Part shown: positions 35,888-48,744 of the stretch, piece by piece
Layout of the letters: every line of letters begins with the position of its first letter
Position numbering within the stretch: position 1 is the stretch's first letter
From: Tubiluchus corallicola
Lineage: Eukaryota; Animalia; Priapulida
Reading direction: 5' to 3'
DNA: 55,215 bases
Assembly (NCBI GenBank): GCA_030141605.1
Contig: JAQGDQ010000930.1
Span: forward strand, 24,422-79,636
Position numbers and translations under genes: made by a program
Notes under the pieces: generated by a model
Databases searched by the model: none
The model's input: the letters and a program-made list of their open reading frames with translations, nothing else
What the model was told of the DNA's origin: nothing

Positions 35888-36474
35888 GTAATAGCATTTA
35901 TTGATTCTCTTGTGAATTTTTAACAGATCTGGAAGTGTGGGGAATCTTTGCTTTTGTCAACATGTGTGTAAGGTTTCTCCCATTGCAAAATGTGCCAATG
36001 GCGATTTTATTATTGGTAATTATCAGGAATGTCACCAATCAACCGAAATACCAAACCATGTTTAATTTTATTGAGCAAAATTATGTTTAATTTTATAATT
36101 TATGAGTATAGGCAACAAAATATATACAAAATAAAATAAAATAAAATACACACAGCAAATAAAAGCAAACAAACAAAAAACAAAATATTTTACTTATTTT
36201 AGAAATTTCTTTTTTCCAGTTTTAATAGTAACTGCAAAAATATTTTGGTTTAAGTTTCCTTTGTTTCATAAATTTTTGTAAATTCAATTTTAGTAACATT
36301 CCTGATAATTATGTTTCTAATTAAAATTTGTTAATATGAAACACTTGGTAATTATCAAATGTAGTAAATACATTCTTTAGGGTGTTGTACATTAAAATGA
36401 GTGTGGTCCAAAATGTGATTCTTAAAAATGTTCTCTGAGTTCCCAGTGAAGAAGAACTCAGTAAGAAAGGGACT

Positions 36475-38280
36475 CTAGTTAAAGGGAAGTTAGTTTCTCC
36501 ACAGATAAAGAGGCAAAGCTACCTCTTAACTTAATGTGTACTAACTGTAGTTATAGGGACATTAGTTTCTCCACACATAAAGAGGCAAAGTTACCTCTTA
36601 ACGTAATGTGTACTAACTGTAGTTAAAGGGAAGGTAGTTTCTCCACACATAAAGAGGCAAAGCTACCTCTTAACTTAATGTGTACTAACTGTAGTTAAAG
36701 GAAAGTTAGTTTCTCCACACATAAAGAGGCAAAGCTACCTCTTAACTTAATGTGTAGTTAAAGGGAAGTTAGTTTCTCCATACATAAAGAGGCAAAGCTA
36801 CCTCTTAACTTAATGTGTACTAACTGTAGTTATAGGGACATTAGTTTCTCCACACATAAAGAGGCAAACTTACCTCTTAACTTAATGTGTACTAACTGTA
36901 GTTAAAGGGAAGGTAGTTTCTCCACACATAAAGAGGCAAAGCTACCTCTTAATTAAATGTGTACTAACTGTAGTTAAAGGGAAGGTAGTTTCTCCACACA
37001 TAAAGAGGCAAACTTACCTCTTAACTTAATGTGTACTAACTGTAGTTAAAGGGAAGTTAGTTTCTCCACACATAAAGAGGCAAAGCTACCTCTTAACTTA
37101 ATGTGTACTAACTGTAGTTAAAGGGAAGGTAGTTTCTCCACACATAAACAGGCAAAGCTACCTCTTAACTTAATGTGTAGTTAAAGGAAAGTTAGTTTCT
37201 CCACACATAAACAGTCAAAGCTACCTCTTAACTTAATGTGTACTAACTGTAGTTAAAGGGAAGTTAGTTTCTCCACACATAAACAGGCAAAGCTACCTCT
37301 TAACTTAATGTGTAGTTAAAGGGAAGTTAGTTTCTCCACACATAAAGAGGCAAAGCTACCTCTTAACTTAATGTGTACTAACTGTGCTTAAAGGGAAGTT
37401 AGTTTCTCCACACATAAACAGGCAAAGCTACCTCTTAACTTAATGTGTACTAACTGTAGTTAAAGGGAAGTTAGTTTCTCCACACATAAACAGGCAAAGT
37501 TACCTCTTAACTTAATGTGTAGTTAAAGGGAAGTTAGTTTCTCCACACATAAAGAGGCAAAGCTACCTCTTAACTTAATGTGTACTAACTGTGCTTAAAG
37601 GAAAGTTAGTTTCTCCACACATAAACAGGCAAAGCTACCTCTTAACTTAATGTGTAGTTAAAGGAAAGTTAGTTTCTCCACACATAAACAGGCAAAGCTA
37701 CCTCTTAACTTAATGTGTAGTTAAAGGAAAGTTAGTTTCTCCACACATAAACAGGCAAAGCTACCTCTTAACGTAATGTGTACTAACTGTAGTTAAAGGG
37801 AAGGTAGTTTCTCCACACATAAAGAGGCAAAGTTACCTCTTAACTTAATGTGTACTAACTGTAGTTAAAGGGAAGTTAGTTTCTCCACACATAAACAGGC
37901 AAAGCTACCTCTTAACTTAATGTGTAGTTAAAGGGAAGTTAGTTTCTCCACACATAAAGAGGCAAAGCTACCTCTTAACTTAATGTGTACTAACTGTGCT
38001 TAAAGGGAAGTTAGTTTCTCCACACATAAAGAGGCAAAGCTACCTCTTAACTTAATGTGTACTAACTGTAGTTAAAGGGAAGGTAGTTTCTCCACACATA
38101 AAGAGGCAAAGTTACCTCTTAACTTAATGTGTACTAACTGTAGTTAAAGGGGAGTTAGTTTCTCCACACATAAAGAGGCAAAGTTACCTCTTAACTTAAT
38201 GTGTACTAACTGTAGTTAAAGGGAAGTTAGTTTCTCCACACATAAAGAGGCAAAGTTACCTCTTAACGTAATGTGCACTA
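36475..38280. repeat. 72-bp satellite (~26 copies, shorter ~62-63-bp deletion variant) in ZF intron 1
   Basis: GTAGTTAAAGGGAAGTTAGTTTCTCCACACATAAAGAGGCAAAGCTACCTCTTAACTTAATGTGTACTAACT. Confidence 0.96.
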
Positions 38281-38492
38281 TGTTAACTTGTTAACGTAAA
38301 GAGAATTTTTCTTTTGCAAAATAAAATGTATAAAAAGTAATATTACACTATTTTTTTAAATTTAAAATTTTTTTCGAGTAAAGCATTTTCGCTCTGCACT
38401 GTTTTGCAAACGTGTGATGTGATTTTGTGATTTTTTGCAAATGTCGGTCTTTAAAAAAACCGAATAATTTAACAGTTCCATTGTGTTTTTAG

Positions 38493-38688
38493 AGGGAATC
38501 ACGGGAGCTGTCACAAGTGCACCACTTGCAACAGGAAGTTCTCATCTACGGAACACCTGTCGAGACACCTGTGCATCAACATGCAAGGTCGCTTTACCTG
38601 CGTGTACGAATGTAGTGTGAGAACGCCGTTCACCCTACAAGCTGACCGGAGCAGGCATTATGTGGACAAACACATCAACAATGTTCAG
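38493..38688 (+). CDS. zinc-finger gene exon 2
   Basis: gtttttag acceptor; GNHGSCHKCTTCNRKFSSTEHLSRHLC...FTCVYECSVRTPFTLQADRSRHYVDKHINNVQ; donor CAG|GTTGGC; phases 2/0. Confidence 0.85.
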
Positions 38689-38916
38689 GTTGGCATCTCT
38701 TACCTAATTCTATGCAATTTTGTCTCAGGATTTGGGTTTTCAGGTTGGCTTCTCTTGCAATTTTGTCTCATGATTTGGGTTTTCAGGTTGGCTTTTCTTA
38801 CCTAATTCTATGCAGTTTTGTCTCAGGATTTGGGTTTTCAGGGTGGCTTCTCTTACCTAATTCCATGCAATTTTGTTTCATGATTTGGGTTTTCAGGTTG
38901 GCTTCTCTTACCTAAT
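38684..38916. repeat. 55-bp tandem repeat x~4.5 that duplicates the exon-2 donor
   Basis: TTCAGGTTGGC at 38684, 38739, 38782, 38892 (variant at 38837). Confidence 0.9.
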
Positions 38917-39081
38917 GTTTTATAAACAGTTTAAGTTACAGTTTTTACTAAAAGTTATTTGTTTCAATAATAAACACTGTGAAATGCCTGTATAAGCTCT
39001 TTTCTATGGGGCAGACTTTGCAAGCTGTTTGATCGACTCGGCTAAACTTGTTATCAATTCAATGTTGTTTTATTTACCCAG

Positions 39082-39185
39082 GTAAACTGTGTTCCGTGTT
39101 GCTGCGGCTTTGCAAGTTACGAAGACTTGGCTGTCCATGTGCAGCATAAACATGAGCAAAGAAAACCCGTTGTCGGCTGTCCTAG
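39082..39185 (+). CDS. zinc-finger gene exon 3
   Basis: acccag acceptor; VNCVPCCCGFASYEDLAVHVQHKHEQRKPVVGCP(R); donor AG|GTAAGG; phases 0/2. Confidence 0.85.
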
Positions 39186-39200
39186 GTAAGGAGTAATAAT

Positions 39201-39476
<276 letters not shown>

Positions 39477-39589
39477 GTATCTTTATTTTTCACCTTTTTT
39501 ACAAAAAAAACACAGAGCATGAAATGATAATATGATATTATGATTCTAAGTGACAAGATTATTAAATGAATAAATTATCCTTAGCTTTA

Positions 39590-40220
39590 CAAATTACCCG
39601 GAACAAAATTCTCAAACTAATATATCATGTAAGGTATGACCATCCCACAAATATAATTTATTTGTCTGTTAAAACTGTTAAAGTGAAAGAAATATATGAC
39701 ATGTATTGTCTTCATTTCATGTATCAGTATCATAATTCACTACTTCCACCAGCTTTTCAGTCATACTTTAGTTCAGTTTCAAATCAACATGATCATTACA
39801 CAAGGTATTCAGTCGAAAACTATGTATTCCCTCTTCCAAAAACAAATATAATGAAACAGTCATCAAAATATAATGGTATTAAAATATGGTCATCAATTAC
39901 GCATGAAATGAAAACTCTTAATCTTTATCAATTTAAAAAAGCATCAAAGAATTACTTACTACAACGGTATAATTAACTCACAATTTTACTCATCCTAATC
40001 TTAAGTTACTAACAAAACTTATTTTGTTCTAATGTACATCAGAACTGATGAAAATGTAATGTTAATTCTCAATTGTTTCACTTATCTGGAGGAGGACTCG
40101 AAAGCTCAATGTTCCTTCCTCCTCCTCACAGTAACTCGCATAGTTTATTTTTTTTCAATGTTATATCAATTTATATGTATGTTTGAGCTGCTGTGGAATA
40201 AATTCATAATTCAATCCAAT
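39590..40220 (+). mobile_element. L2/CR1-group (Crack/Daphne-like) LINE 3' fragment
   Basis: LQITRNKILKLI...FMYQYHNSLLPPAFQSYF...HDHYTR...GIKIWSSI...FKKASKNYLL; 3' UTR stem-loop GAGGAGGA..TCCTCCTC and AATAAA tail. Confidence 0.82.
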
Positions 40221-40536
40221 AATGATGTTCAAGTGATTGGTGAAAGGGTCGCGCAAAAAACTAAAAGTTACCAAAGTCAACCACCCTGTAAGTAATGTTG
40301 CTATTAGCAATATGCGCAATTATCTTGACGAAGATTTCAGAATAAGGTGTGTAAAACTATTGAGATTAAGTTTAAATTTGAACATAAATATCATGGACAT
40401 AAAGGCATAATAAATATATATAATGTTGATATTCTAAGCAATGTGTAGATTTACGCAGACAGAATTGCCTTACCTCTTTAACTTTCATTTACATGTTAGT
40501 ACTGAATATGGTACGTTTCCAATAAGGCATCTAGAT

Positions 40537-41019
40537 TAGGGGTGTGCAAATTATCTGACTAGCCGGGCCACATTAAAGTTTCCCACAATTCCTGCAGGCC
40601 GCATGCAGTTTGATCAAGGAGCCAAGTACAGAAAGGCCTAATAACGATTTTTTTTGCAACCGACCTGCGTACATCATTACTACTGCACTCGAGAAACTAT
40701 TTTAGAAGTTATTAAAATTTATATTACAAACCATATATTTCTGCTTTCAGGACAGATAGTGGTCATTTCATTACAATGCATATTAGTAATGTGTATCACA
40801 CAGTCTGTGTAGTACAGTGACATTAAGCTACAACCGTCTTGTAAGGGTTAATGGCATCCGATCTAGTAGAAAAAACTACCCGCACTATCTTTGGGATCGT
40901 GGCACGGACTTCAGCTGGATACACTCGATTAATCGCCCGGGCCGCACTTTCATTAGGTTGACAAATCTCTTCGTGGGCCGCACAAGATCTCTCGGCGGGC
41001 CGCAATTTGCACACCCCTG
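40537..41019 (+). mobile_element. hAT-family MITE A, copy 3
   Basis: TIRs as in copy 1; perfect 8-bp TSD ATCTAGAT. Confidence 0.94.
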
Positions 41020-41467
41020 ATCTAGATAGTCACGAGGCCTCTACCTGCTGTAAAATTACATTATAAGTAATTGTGGTATGTCATTTTTGGCGCCTAAATA
41101 TGTACCCACATTTAACGTCAGTTTAAAATAGAAGATTAAAAAAGACCTGTATTATTTTATTCTAAATCTGGAAATATTTTTTCACGTATCGGGATGATAG
41201 CGAAACGAAAATTTCCTGTCGGTTTGCCGATATTTCACTTTCGGTTCAGTTTCGTTTTCGCCAAAAGTTATCAAGTTTCGTAGCTGAAACTTTCGGTATT
41301 TTTCCGTAGTATTTTTCCGAGGTTTTACTAGTATTTTTCTGTGTTACCTTTTTTCTCTTAGATGTTAAAATTTACGGAGAAGTTTTCGCAGAAATGGTTC
41401 GGATAGAGCGTTTAACGTCGTTTGTTTAACCCATTTGTAGCATGTCTTTTACGACAATGCTGTAAAA

Positions 41468-41905
41468 CAGCGGTGTGCAAATTATCTGACTAACCGGGCC
41501 ACATTAAACTTTCCCGCAATTCCTGCAGACCACATTAAACTTTCCCGCAATTGCTGTGGGCCACACGCAGTTTGGTGAAGGAGCCCAGTACAGTAGGACC
41601 TAATAACAATTTTTTTTGCATCCGATTTGCGCACATCATCACTACTGCACTACTACACTCAAGAAACTGTTTTAGAAGTTATTAAAATTTATATTAAAAA
41701 CCATATATTTCATCATGTCCGACAGTGACATTAAGTTACAACGGTCTTGTAAGGGTTAATGCCATCGGATCTAGAGGACAAAACTACCCGCACTATCTTT
41801 GCGATATTGGCGCGGACTTCAGCTGGATCGTACTTTCATTACGTTGACAAACCTCTTCGCGGGTCGCACAAGATCTCTTGGCAGGCCGCAGTTTGCACAC
41901 CCCTG
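41468..41905 (+). mobile_element. hAT-family MITE A, copy 4, nested in a relative of the 43769 element
   Basis: CAGCGGTGTGCAAA / TTTGCACACCCCTG; perfect TSD CTGTAAAA; flank 41290-41460 resembles 43900-44065. Confidence 0.92.
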
Positions 41906-42108
41906 CTGTAAAATACAGAACTGGTCGTAACTGGATTCAACCTATCCATGTGGATTCACAGTAGTGTCAGCTCAGCAAGAATTTAAAGTATGACATGATT
42001 GTTTTACACCGTCCGTAACACCAGGTCCTAGAGTTTACAAAGGTTTCACTCTATTTTGATTGGAAAGTTTACAAGCAAGTGGTAGTAAATGATTTACTGT
42101 TCCTGTAG

Positions 42109-42230
42109 GTGTAACGCGATGTCAGACCAGGTTGAGAATGTAAAGAATCACAGATGTACGCACACGGTTGAACCCAGGACTGTTAGTTTCATACCTGAGT
42201 CCACGTCTGCAACGGGGGCATCAGAACCTG
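42109..42230 (+). CDS. zinc-finger gene exon 4
   Basis: ttcctgtag acceptor; completes CPRC: CNAMSDQVENVKNHRCTHTVEPRTVSFIPESTSATGASEP; donor G|GTAAGT; phases 2/1. Confidence 0.85.
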
Positions 42231-42249
42231 GTAAGTTTCTTCTGTTGCT

Positions 42250-43462
42250 GATTATTTGCTTGTCTGACTGATTGTTTGCTTGTTTTAGCTGATTGTTTGC
42301 TTGTTTTAACTGATTGTTTGCATGTTCTAACTGATTGTTTGTTTGTCTGACTGACTGTTTGCTTGTTCTAACTGTTGTTTGCTTGTTTTAGCTAATTGTT
42401 TGCATGTTCTAACTGTTGTTTGCTTGTTTTAGCTAATTGTTTGCATGTTCTAACTGTTGTTTGCTTGTTTTTGCTGATTGTTTGCTTGTTCTAACTGATT
42501 GTTTGCTTGTTTTTGCTGATTGTTTGCTTGTTCTAACTGATTGTTTGCTTGTTCTAACTGATTGTTTGCTTGTTCTAACTGATTGTTTGCTTGCTCTAAC
42601 TGTTGTTTGCTTGTTCTAACTGATTGTTTGCTTGTTCTAACTGATTGTTTGCTTGCTCTAAGTGTTGTTCGCTTGTTCTAACTGATTGTTTGCTTGTTCT
42701 AACTAATTGTTTGCTTGTTCTAACTGATTGTTTGCTTGTTCTAGCTGATTGTTTGCTTGCTCTAAGTGTTGTTTGCTTGTTCTAACTGATTGTTTGCTTG
42801 CTCTAAGTGTTGTTCGCTTGTTCTAACTGATTGTTTGCTTGTTCTAGCTGATTGTTTGCTTGTTCTAACTGATTGTTTGCTTGTTCTAACTGATTGTTTG
42901 CTTGCTCTAACTGATTGTTTGCTTGTTCTAACTGATTGTTTGCTTGCTCTAACTGATTGTTTGCTTGCTCTAACTGATTGTTTGCTTGTTCTAACTGATT
43001 GTTTGCTTGCTCTAAGTGTTGTTCGCTTGTTCTAACTGATTGTTCGCTTGTTCTAACTGATTGTTTGCTTGTTCTAGCTGATTGTTTGCTTGTTCTAGCT
43101 GATTGTTTGCTTGTTCTAACTGATTGTTTGCTTGCTCTAACTGATTGTTTGCTTGTTCTAACTGATTGTTTGCTTGCTCTAAGTGTTGTTTGCTTGTTCT
43201 AACTGATTGTTTGCTTGTTCTAGCTGATTGTTTGCTTGTTCTAACTGATTGTTTGCTTGTTCTAACTAATTGTTTGCTTGTTCTAACTGATTGTTTGCTT
43301 GTTCTAACTGATTGTTTGCTTGTTCTAACTGATTGTTTGCTTGTTCTAGCTGATTGTTTGCTTGCTCTAAGTGTTGTTTGCTTGTTCTAACTGATTGTTT
43401 GCTTGCTCTAAGTGTTGTCTGCTTGTTCTAGCTGATTGTTTGCTTGTTCTAACTAATTGTCT
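42250..43462. repeat. 21/20-bp minisatellite (~58 copies)
   Basis: GATTGTTTGCTTGTTCTAACT repeated. Confidence 0.96.
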
Positions 43463-43768
43463 ACCTGTGCAACACGCTCGTAGAATATTTTTGCTGCTGA
43501 TAATTATGTTAGTTTGTGATGTCATCATTGGCTTGCCTGCCATTAATCAAGTTTTAATTAGTTATTTAATTATCAGAAACACTTTTGCAGTATTAGCTGT
43601 GCTAAAATGTATCAGTCTTGATCAGACTTGAAAATGGGGGGGTAGTATATGAAAATTCGGCCTGTCTTCCTTTAAACAGTTGTAAATTAATGTTTTGAAT
43701 AAAAGTTATGTTTTAATAATAAATACTTTAAACTGCTTATGTCATTTAACTCGTACGAGCGAAGCTGC

Positions 43769-44508
43769 AGGGATGAGAATTTTCCCCGGATACGCGGAAT
43801 TCCAAGTTTTTGGAAGACCTGTAGCGCCATTTTTGTAAATCGCTTAAATTCGTTGAGAAAATTTTTCGGGATTGAACCTCGTTTTCGTCGAAATTGTAAC
43901 CGAAACTTTCAGTAGCATTTTTCGAGGTATTTATCCAGCTTACCTTTTATCTCCTAGATGTTAAAAATTGCTGAAAAATTTTGGCTAAAATAGTTCAAAT
44001 AAAGTGTAAATATCGTTTATTTGATAATCTGTACGATTTGTAGCATGCCTTTTACGGCAATGCGGCATATCTTCATTGCTGACAAATGTGAAGCTTTGAG
44101 GCCTCCAGACACAAACAACCAATATACCAAAGTGTAATTTGAATTAAACCAAGTTTAATTTTATAATTTATGAAATATAGGCATCAAAATAAAATTTGTT
44201 AATTTTTGAAGCTTCACGATCATATGTATCATGTATCCTTGATAGTTGGGTATTTTGAATTATGCATGAAATAGTGCATATTTACTGCATTATATGCATT
44301 ATATATATATATATGCATTAAATAGTGCAAGGTAATTGATATTTTAAGCCCACTTAGAGGCTCTCTATGGTCACAAAATTGCAATTTGTTGCTTTCACCC
44401 CCTTGAAAACCCCCCATGGGGGCTATGCCCTTCAACCCCATTGGGGCCTAGGCGGCCCTAAACCCCGGCCTGTTGCAGAGTTTTTTGCAATTTGTCATTC
44501 TCATCGCT
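43769..44508. mobile_element. TIR element with 8-bp TSD (hAT/P-like); truncated duplicate at 47401-48050
   Basis: AGGGATGAGAAT / ATTCTCATCGCT; TSD GAAGCTGC/GAAGCTAC. Confidence 0.75.
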
Positions 44509-44585
44509 GAAGCTACCAACTTTCCTGTAGCAACATGCAAAATCTTTTTTCTACTTTGTTTTTTACACTATGCTTTCTGTTTTAG

Positions 44586-44651
44586 ATAAGGCGTCCAGAA
44601 AATCTGAAGAAGAAATAAAGAAAGAAGAAGTATCAAAAGCCACAGCTAAAG
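44586..44651 (+). CDS. zinc-finger gene exon 5a (66 nt, phase 1-1)
   Basis: tgttttag acceptor; (D)KASRKSEEEIKKEEVSKATAK; donor G|GTAGGA; purine-rich. Confidence 0.78.
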
Positions 44652-45189
44652 GTAGGAAATTAGACATATAATCTTACCAAGTGATACGAAATCACTAGTT
44701 TCCATCTTTGATTTAGTTACTTGAAAACTGAAAAGGAAAGGAAAGGAATGTTCTTATAATTTGCCCCCCCTTCCCTCACCATAGCCCATCTTTAATAGTT
44801 ATGATGGCTACATTACTACCATCAATTATATTTAAATGTTCTATACAATTATAGTTATTACTGCAAGTATAATGTATAATTTAATCTCTTCTCCCCCACT
44901 TAAATTTCAGTATATATATATATGTGTGTGTATGTGTGTGCGTGTGTGTGTCCGTGTGCGTGCGTGCATGTGTGTATGTGTATATTTGAGTATATATATA
45001 TCATTGTATATACAAGTAAGCAGTATGGTGCATTGTAATACAAGTAAGTGGTACATTGACAGATAATCACATAATTCATATTCGTAACTATTTAAAAAAA
45101 ATTTCACTCTTTAAGCTTCACTCAAAGTCGTAATTACATATTATGTTTTCCTTTCTCAACTTTCAGGTTTATTGCTCTTATACCACTGC

Positions 45190-46886
45190 GATTATTACAT
45201 CATTTACTTCATCCTTTTTTACATTGAGTTACCTACAGAAGCATGCATAACTATAATCATTTTTTCATTTAAGTAAGGTGAGTGTGTTAATGACCGTATG
45301 GTCGTACACTCACCTCGCACTACTCAAATTATTACATCATTTACTTCATCCTTTACATTAAGTTATCTACAGAAGCATGCATAACTATAATCATTTTTTC
45401 ATTTAAGTAAGGTGTGTGTGTTAATGACCGTATGGTCTTACACTCACCTCGCACTACTCAAATTATTACATCATTTACTTCATCCTTTACATTAAGTTAT
45501 CTACAGAAGCATGCATAACTATAATCATTTTTTCATTGAAGTAAGGTGTGTGTGTTAATGACCGTATGGTCGTACACTCACCTCGCACTACTCAAATTAT
45601 TACATCATTTACTTCATCCTTATTTACATTAAGTTATCTACAGAAGCATGCATAACTATAATCATTTTTTCATTTAAGTAAGGTGAGTGTGTTAATGACC
45701 GTATGGTCGTACACTCACCTCGCACTACTCAAATTATTACATCATTTACTTCATCCTTATTTACATTAAGTTATCTACAGAAGCATGCATAACTATAATC
45801 ATTTTTTCATTTAAGTAAGGTGAGTGTGTTAATGACCGTATGGTCGTACACTCACCTCGCACTACTCAAATTATTACATCATTTACTTCATCCTTATTTA
45901 CATTAAGTTATCTACAGAAGCATGCATAACTATAATAATTTTTTCATTTAAGTAAGGTGAGTGTGTTAATGACCGTATGATCTTACACTCACCTCTCACT
46001 ACTCAAATTATTGCATCATTTACTTCATCCTTATTTACATTAAGTTATCTACAGAAGCATGCATAACTACAATCACTTTTTCATTTAAGTAAGGTGAGTG
46101 TGTTAATGACCGTATGGTCGTACACTCACCTCGCACTACTCAAATTATTACATCATTTACTTCATCCTTATTTACATTAAGTTATCTATAGAAGCATGCA
46201 TAACTATAATCATTTTTTCATTTAAGTAAGGTGAGTGTGTTAATGACCGTATGTACACTCACCTCGCACTACTCAAATCATTACATTATTTACTTCATCC
46301 TTATTTACATTAACTTATCTACAGAAGCATGCATAACTATAATCATTTTTTCATTTAAGTAAGGTGAGTGTGTTAATGACCGTATGGTCGTACACTCACT
46401 CGCACTGCTCAAATTATTACATCATTTACTTCATCCTTATTTACATTAAGTTATCTACAGAAGCACGCATAACTATAATCATTTTTTCATTTAAGTAAGG
46501 TGAGTGTGTTAATGACCGTATGATCTTACACTTACCTCGCACTACTCAAATTATTACATCATTTACTTCATCCTTATTTACATTAAGTTATCTACAGAAG
46601 CATGCATAACTATAATCATTTTTTCATTTAAGTAAGGTGAGTGTGTTAATGACCATATGGTCATACACTCACCTCGCACTACTCAAATTATTACATCATT
46701 TACTTCATCCTTATTTACATTAAGTTATCTACAGAAGCATGCATAACTATAATCATTTTTTCATTTAAGTAAGGTGAGTGTGTTAATGACCATATGCTCG
46801 TACACTCACCTCGCACTACTCAAATTATTACATCATTTACTTCATCCTTATTCACATTAAGTTATCTACAGAAGCATGCATAACTA
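45190..46886. repeat. 137-bp hairpin satellite, array 1 (~12 copies, moderately diverged)
   Basis: unit contains AGGTGAGTGT-gttaat-GACC-gtat-GGTC-gt-ACACTCACCT. Confidence 0.96.
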
Positions 46887-47364
46887 CAGTGGCCGCCGCT
46901 TATTATGGACACGGTTATTGTGGACAACTCGCGAGGGACGGAATTTTCCCCTAATAAAATCCGCCGGTTAATATGGACAACCGCCGCTTAATATGGACAG
47001 CGAACATTCTTGGCACGTGACCAGCCGTGCCAACCACGGCCTGCGCGCGTGATTGAAAAGAGCTTCCCGCTATGCTGCCTGTGTGAGTCATTGCATCAGT
47101 CAGTTCGCCGTTTGCCGTGGCCTTGAGAGCTTCGAAACTGTGATAACTTCCTTCCGTTCAAGCTTGAGAGAAAAGTTTCCTGCCAAACAAACTCGTCTGA
47201 CTTCTTTTTTTCAATAAAACAGGAGACGAGTTGATACAGACAGTTTTTTGCCTTTTTTAATGAAGGGGAAGGGTCTTCATGGGTCACTTCGCTTAATATG
47301 GACAGCCGCTTAATATGGACATACACTGCTGGCCCGAGGTGTCCACAATAAGCGGCGGCCACTG
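46887..47364. mobile_element. Tc1/pogo MITE inserted into a 137-bp satellite unit
   Basis: TIR CAGTGGCCGCCGCTTATT(A/G)TGGACAC at both ends; TA TSD splits the unit at CATAACTA|TAATCATT. Confidence 0.93.
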
Positions 47365-48127
47365 TATAATCATTTTTTCCTTTAAGTAAGGTGAGTGTGT
47401 TTGAAAGATCAGTAGTGCCATTTTTGTAAATCGCTTAAGTTCGTTGAGAAAACTTTTCTGGGTTGAACTTAGTTTTCGTCGAAATTGTAACCGCAACTTT
47501 CAGTAGCATTTTTCAAGGTATTTATCCAGCTTACCTTTTATCTCCTAGATGTTAAAAATTGCTGAAAAAATTTTGCTAAAATAGTTCAAATGAAGCGTAG
47601 ATATCGTTTATTTGATAATCTGTATGATTTGTAGCATGCCTTTTACGGCAATGAGGCATATCTTCATTGCTGACAAATGTGAAGCTTTGAGGCCGCCAGA
47701 CACAAACAACCGAAATACCAAAGTGTAATTTGAATAAAACCATGTTTAATTTTATAATTTATGAAATATAGGCATCAAAATATATACAAAATAAAATTTG
47801 TTAATTTTTGAAGCTTCACGATCATATGTATCATGTATCCTTGATAGTTGAGTATTTTAAATTACGCATGAAACAAGGTAATTGACATTTTAAGTCCACT
47901 TAGAGGCTCTCTCTGGTCACAAAATTGCAATTTGTTGCTGGCTCCAAAGGGGGCTTTACCCCCTTGAACCCCCATGGGGGAGGGGGGCTACGCGGCCCCC
48001 AAACCCCCGGCCTGTTTCAGAGTTTTTTGCAATTTGTCATTCTCATCGCCGAAGCTACCAACTTCCGTGTAGCAACATGCAAAATCTTTTTTCTACTTTG
48101 TTTTTTACACCATGCTTTCTGTTTTAG

Positions 48128-48193
48128 ATAAGGCGTCCAGAAAATCTGAAGAAGAAATAAAGAAAGAAGAAGTATCAAAAGCCACAGCTAAAG
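48128..48193 (+). CDS. zinc-finger gene exon 5b, identical duplicate of exon 5a
   Basis: same 66 nt and splice sites; lies in a tandem segmental duplication (43813-47400 versus 47401 onward). Confidence 0.65.
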
Positions 48194-48744
48194 GTAGGAA
48201 ATTAGACATATAATCTTACCAAGTGATACGAAATCACTAGTTTCCATCTTTGATTTAGTTACTTGAAAACTTAAAAGGAAAGGAAAGGAATATTCTTATA
48301 ATTTGCCCCCCCCCTCCTTACAATAGCCCATCTTTAATGGTTATGATGGCTACATTACTACCATCAATTATATTTAAATGTTCTATACAATTATAGTTAT
48401 TACTGCAAGTATAATGTATAATTTAATCTCTTCTCCCCTATTTAAATTTCAGTATATATATGTGTGTGTGTGTGTGCATGCGTGTGTGCATGCGTGTGTG
48501 CATACGTGTGTGTATGTGTATGTGTAAATTTGAGTATATATATATATATATATATCATTGTATATACAAGTAAGCAATATGGTGCATTGTAATACAAGTA
48601 AGTGGTACATTGACAGATAATCACATAATTCATATTCGTAACTATTTAAAAAAAATTTCACTCTTTAAGCTTCACTCAAAATCGTAATTACATATTATGT
48701 TTTCCTTTCTCAACTTTCAGGTTTATTGCTCTTATACCACTGCG

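Noticed and set aside
42437-43631. Hydrophobic LLVLTDC-repeat ORFs
   Set aside because: Translation of the 21-bp intronic minisatellite, with frequent frameshifts
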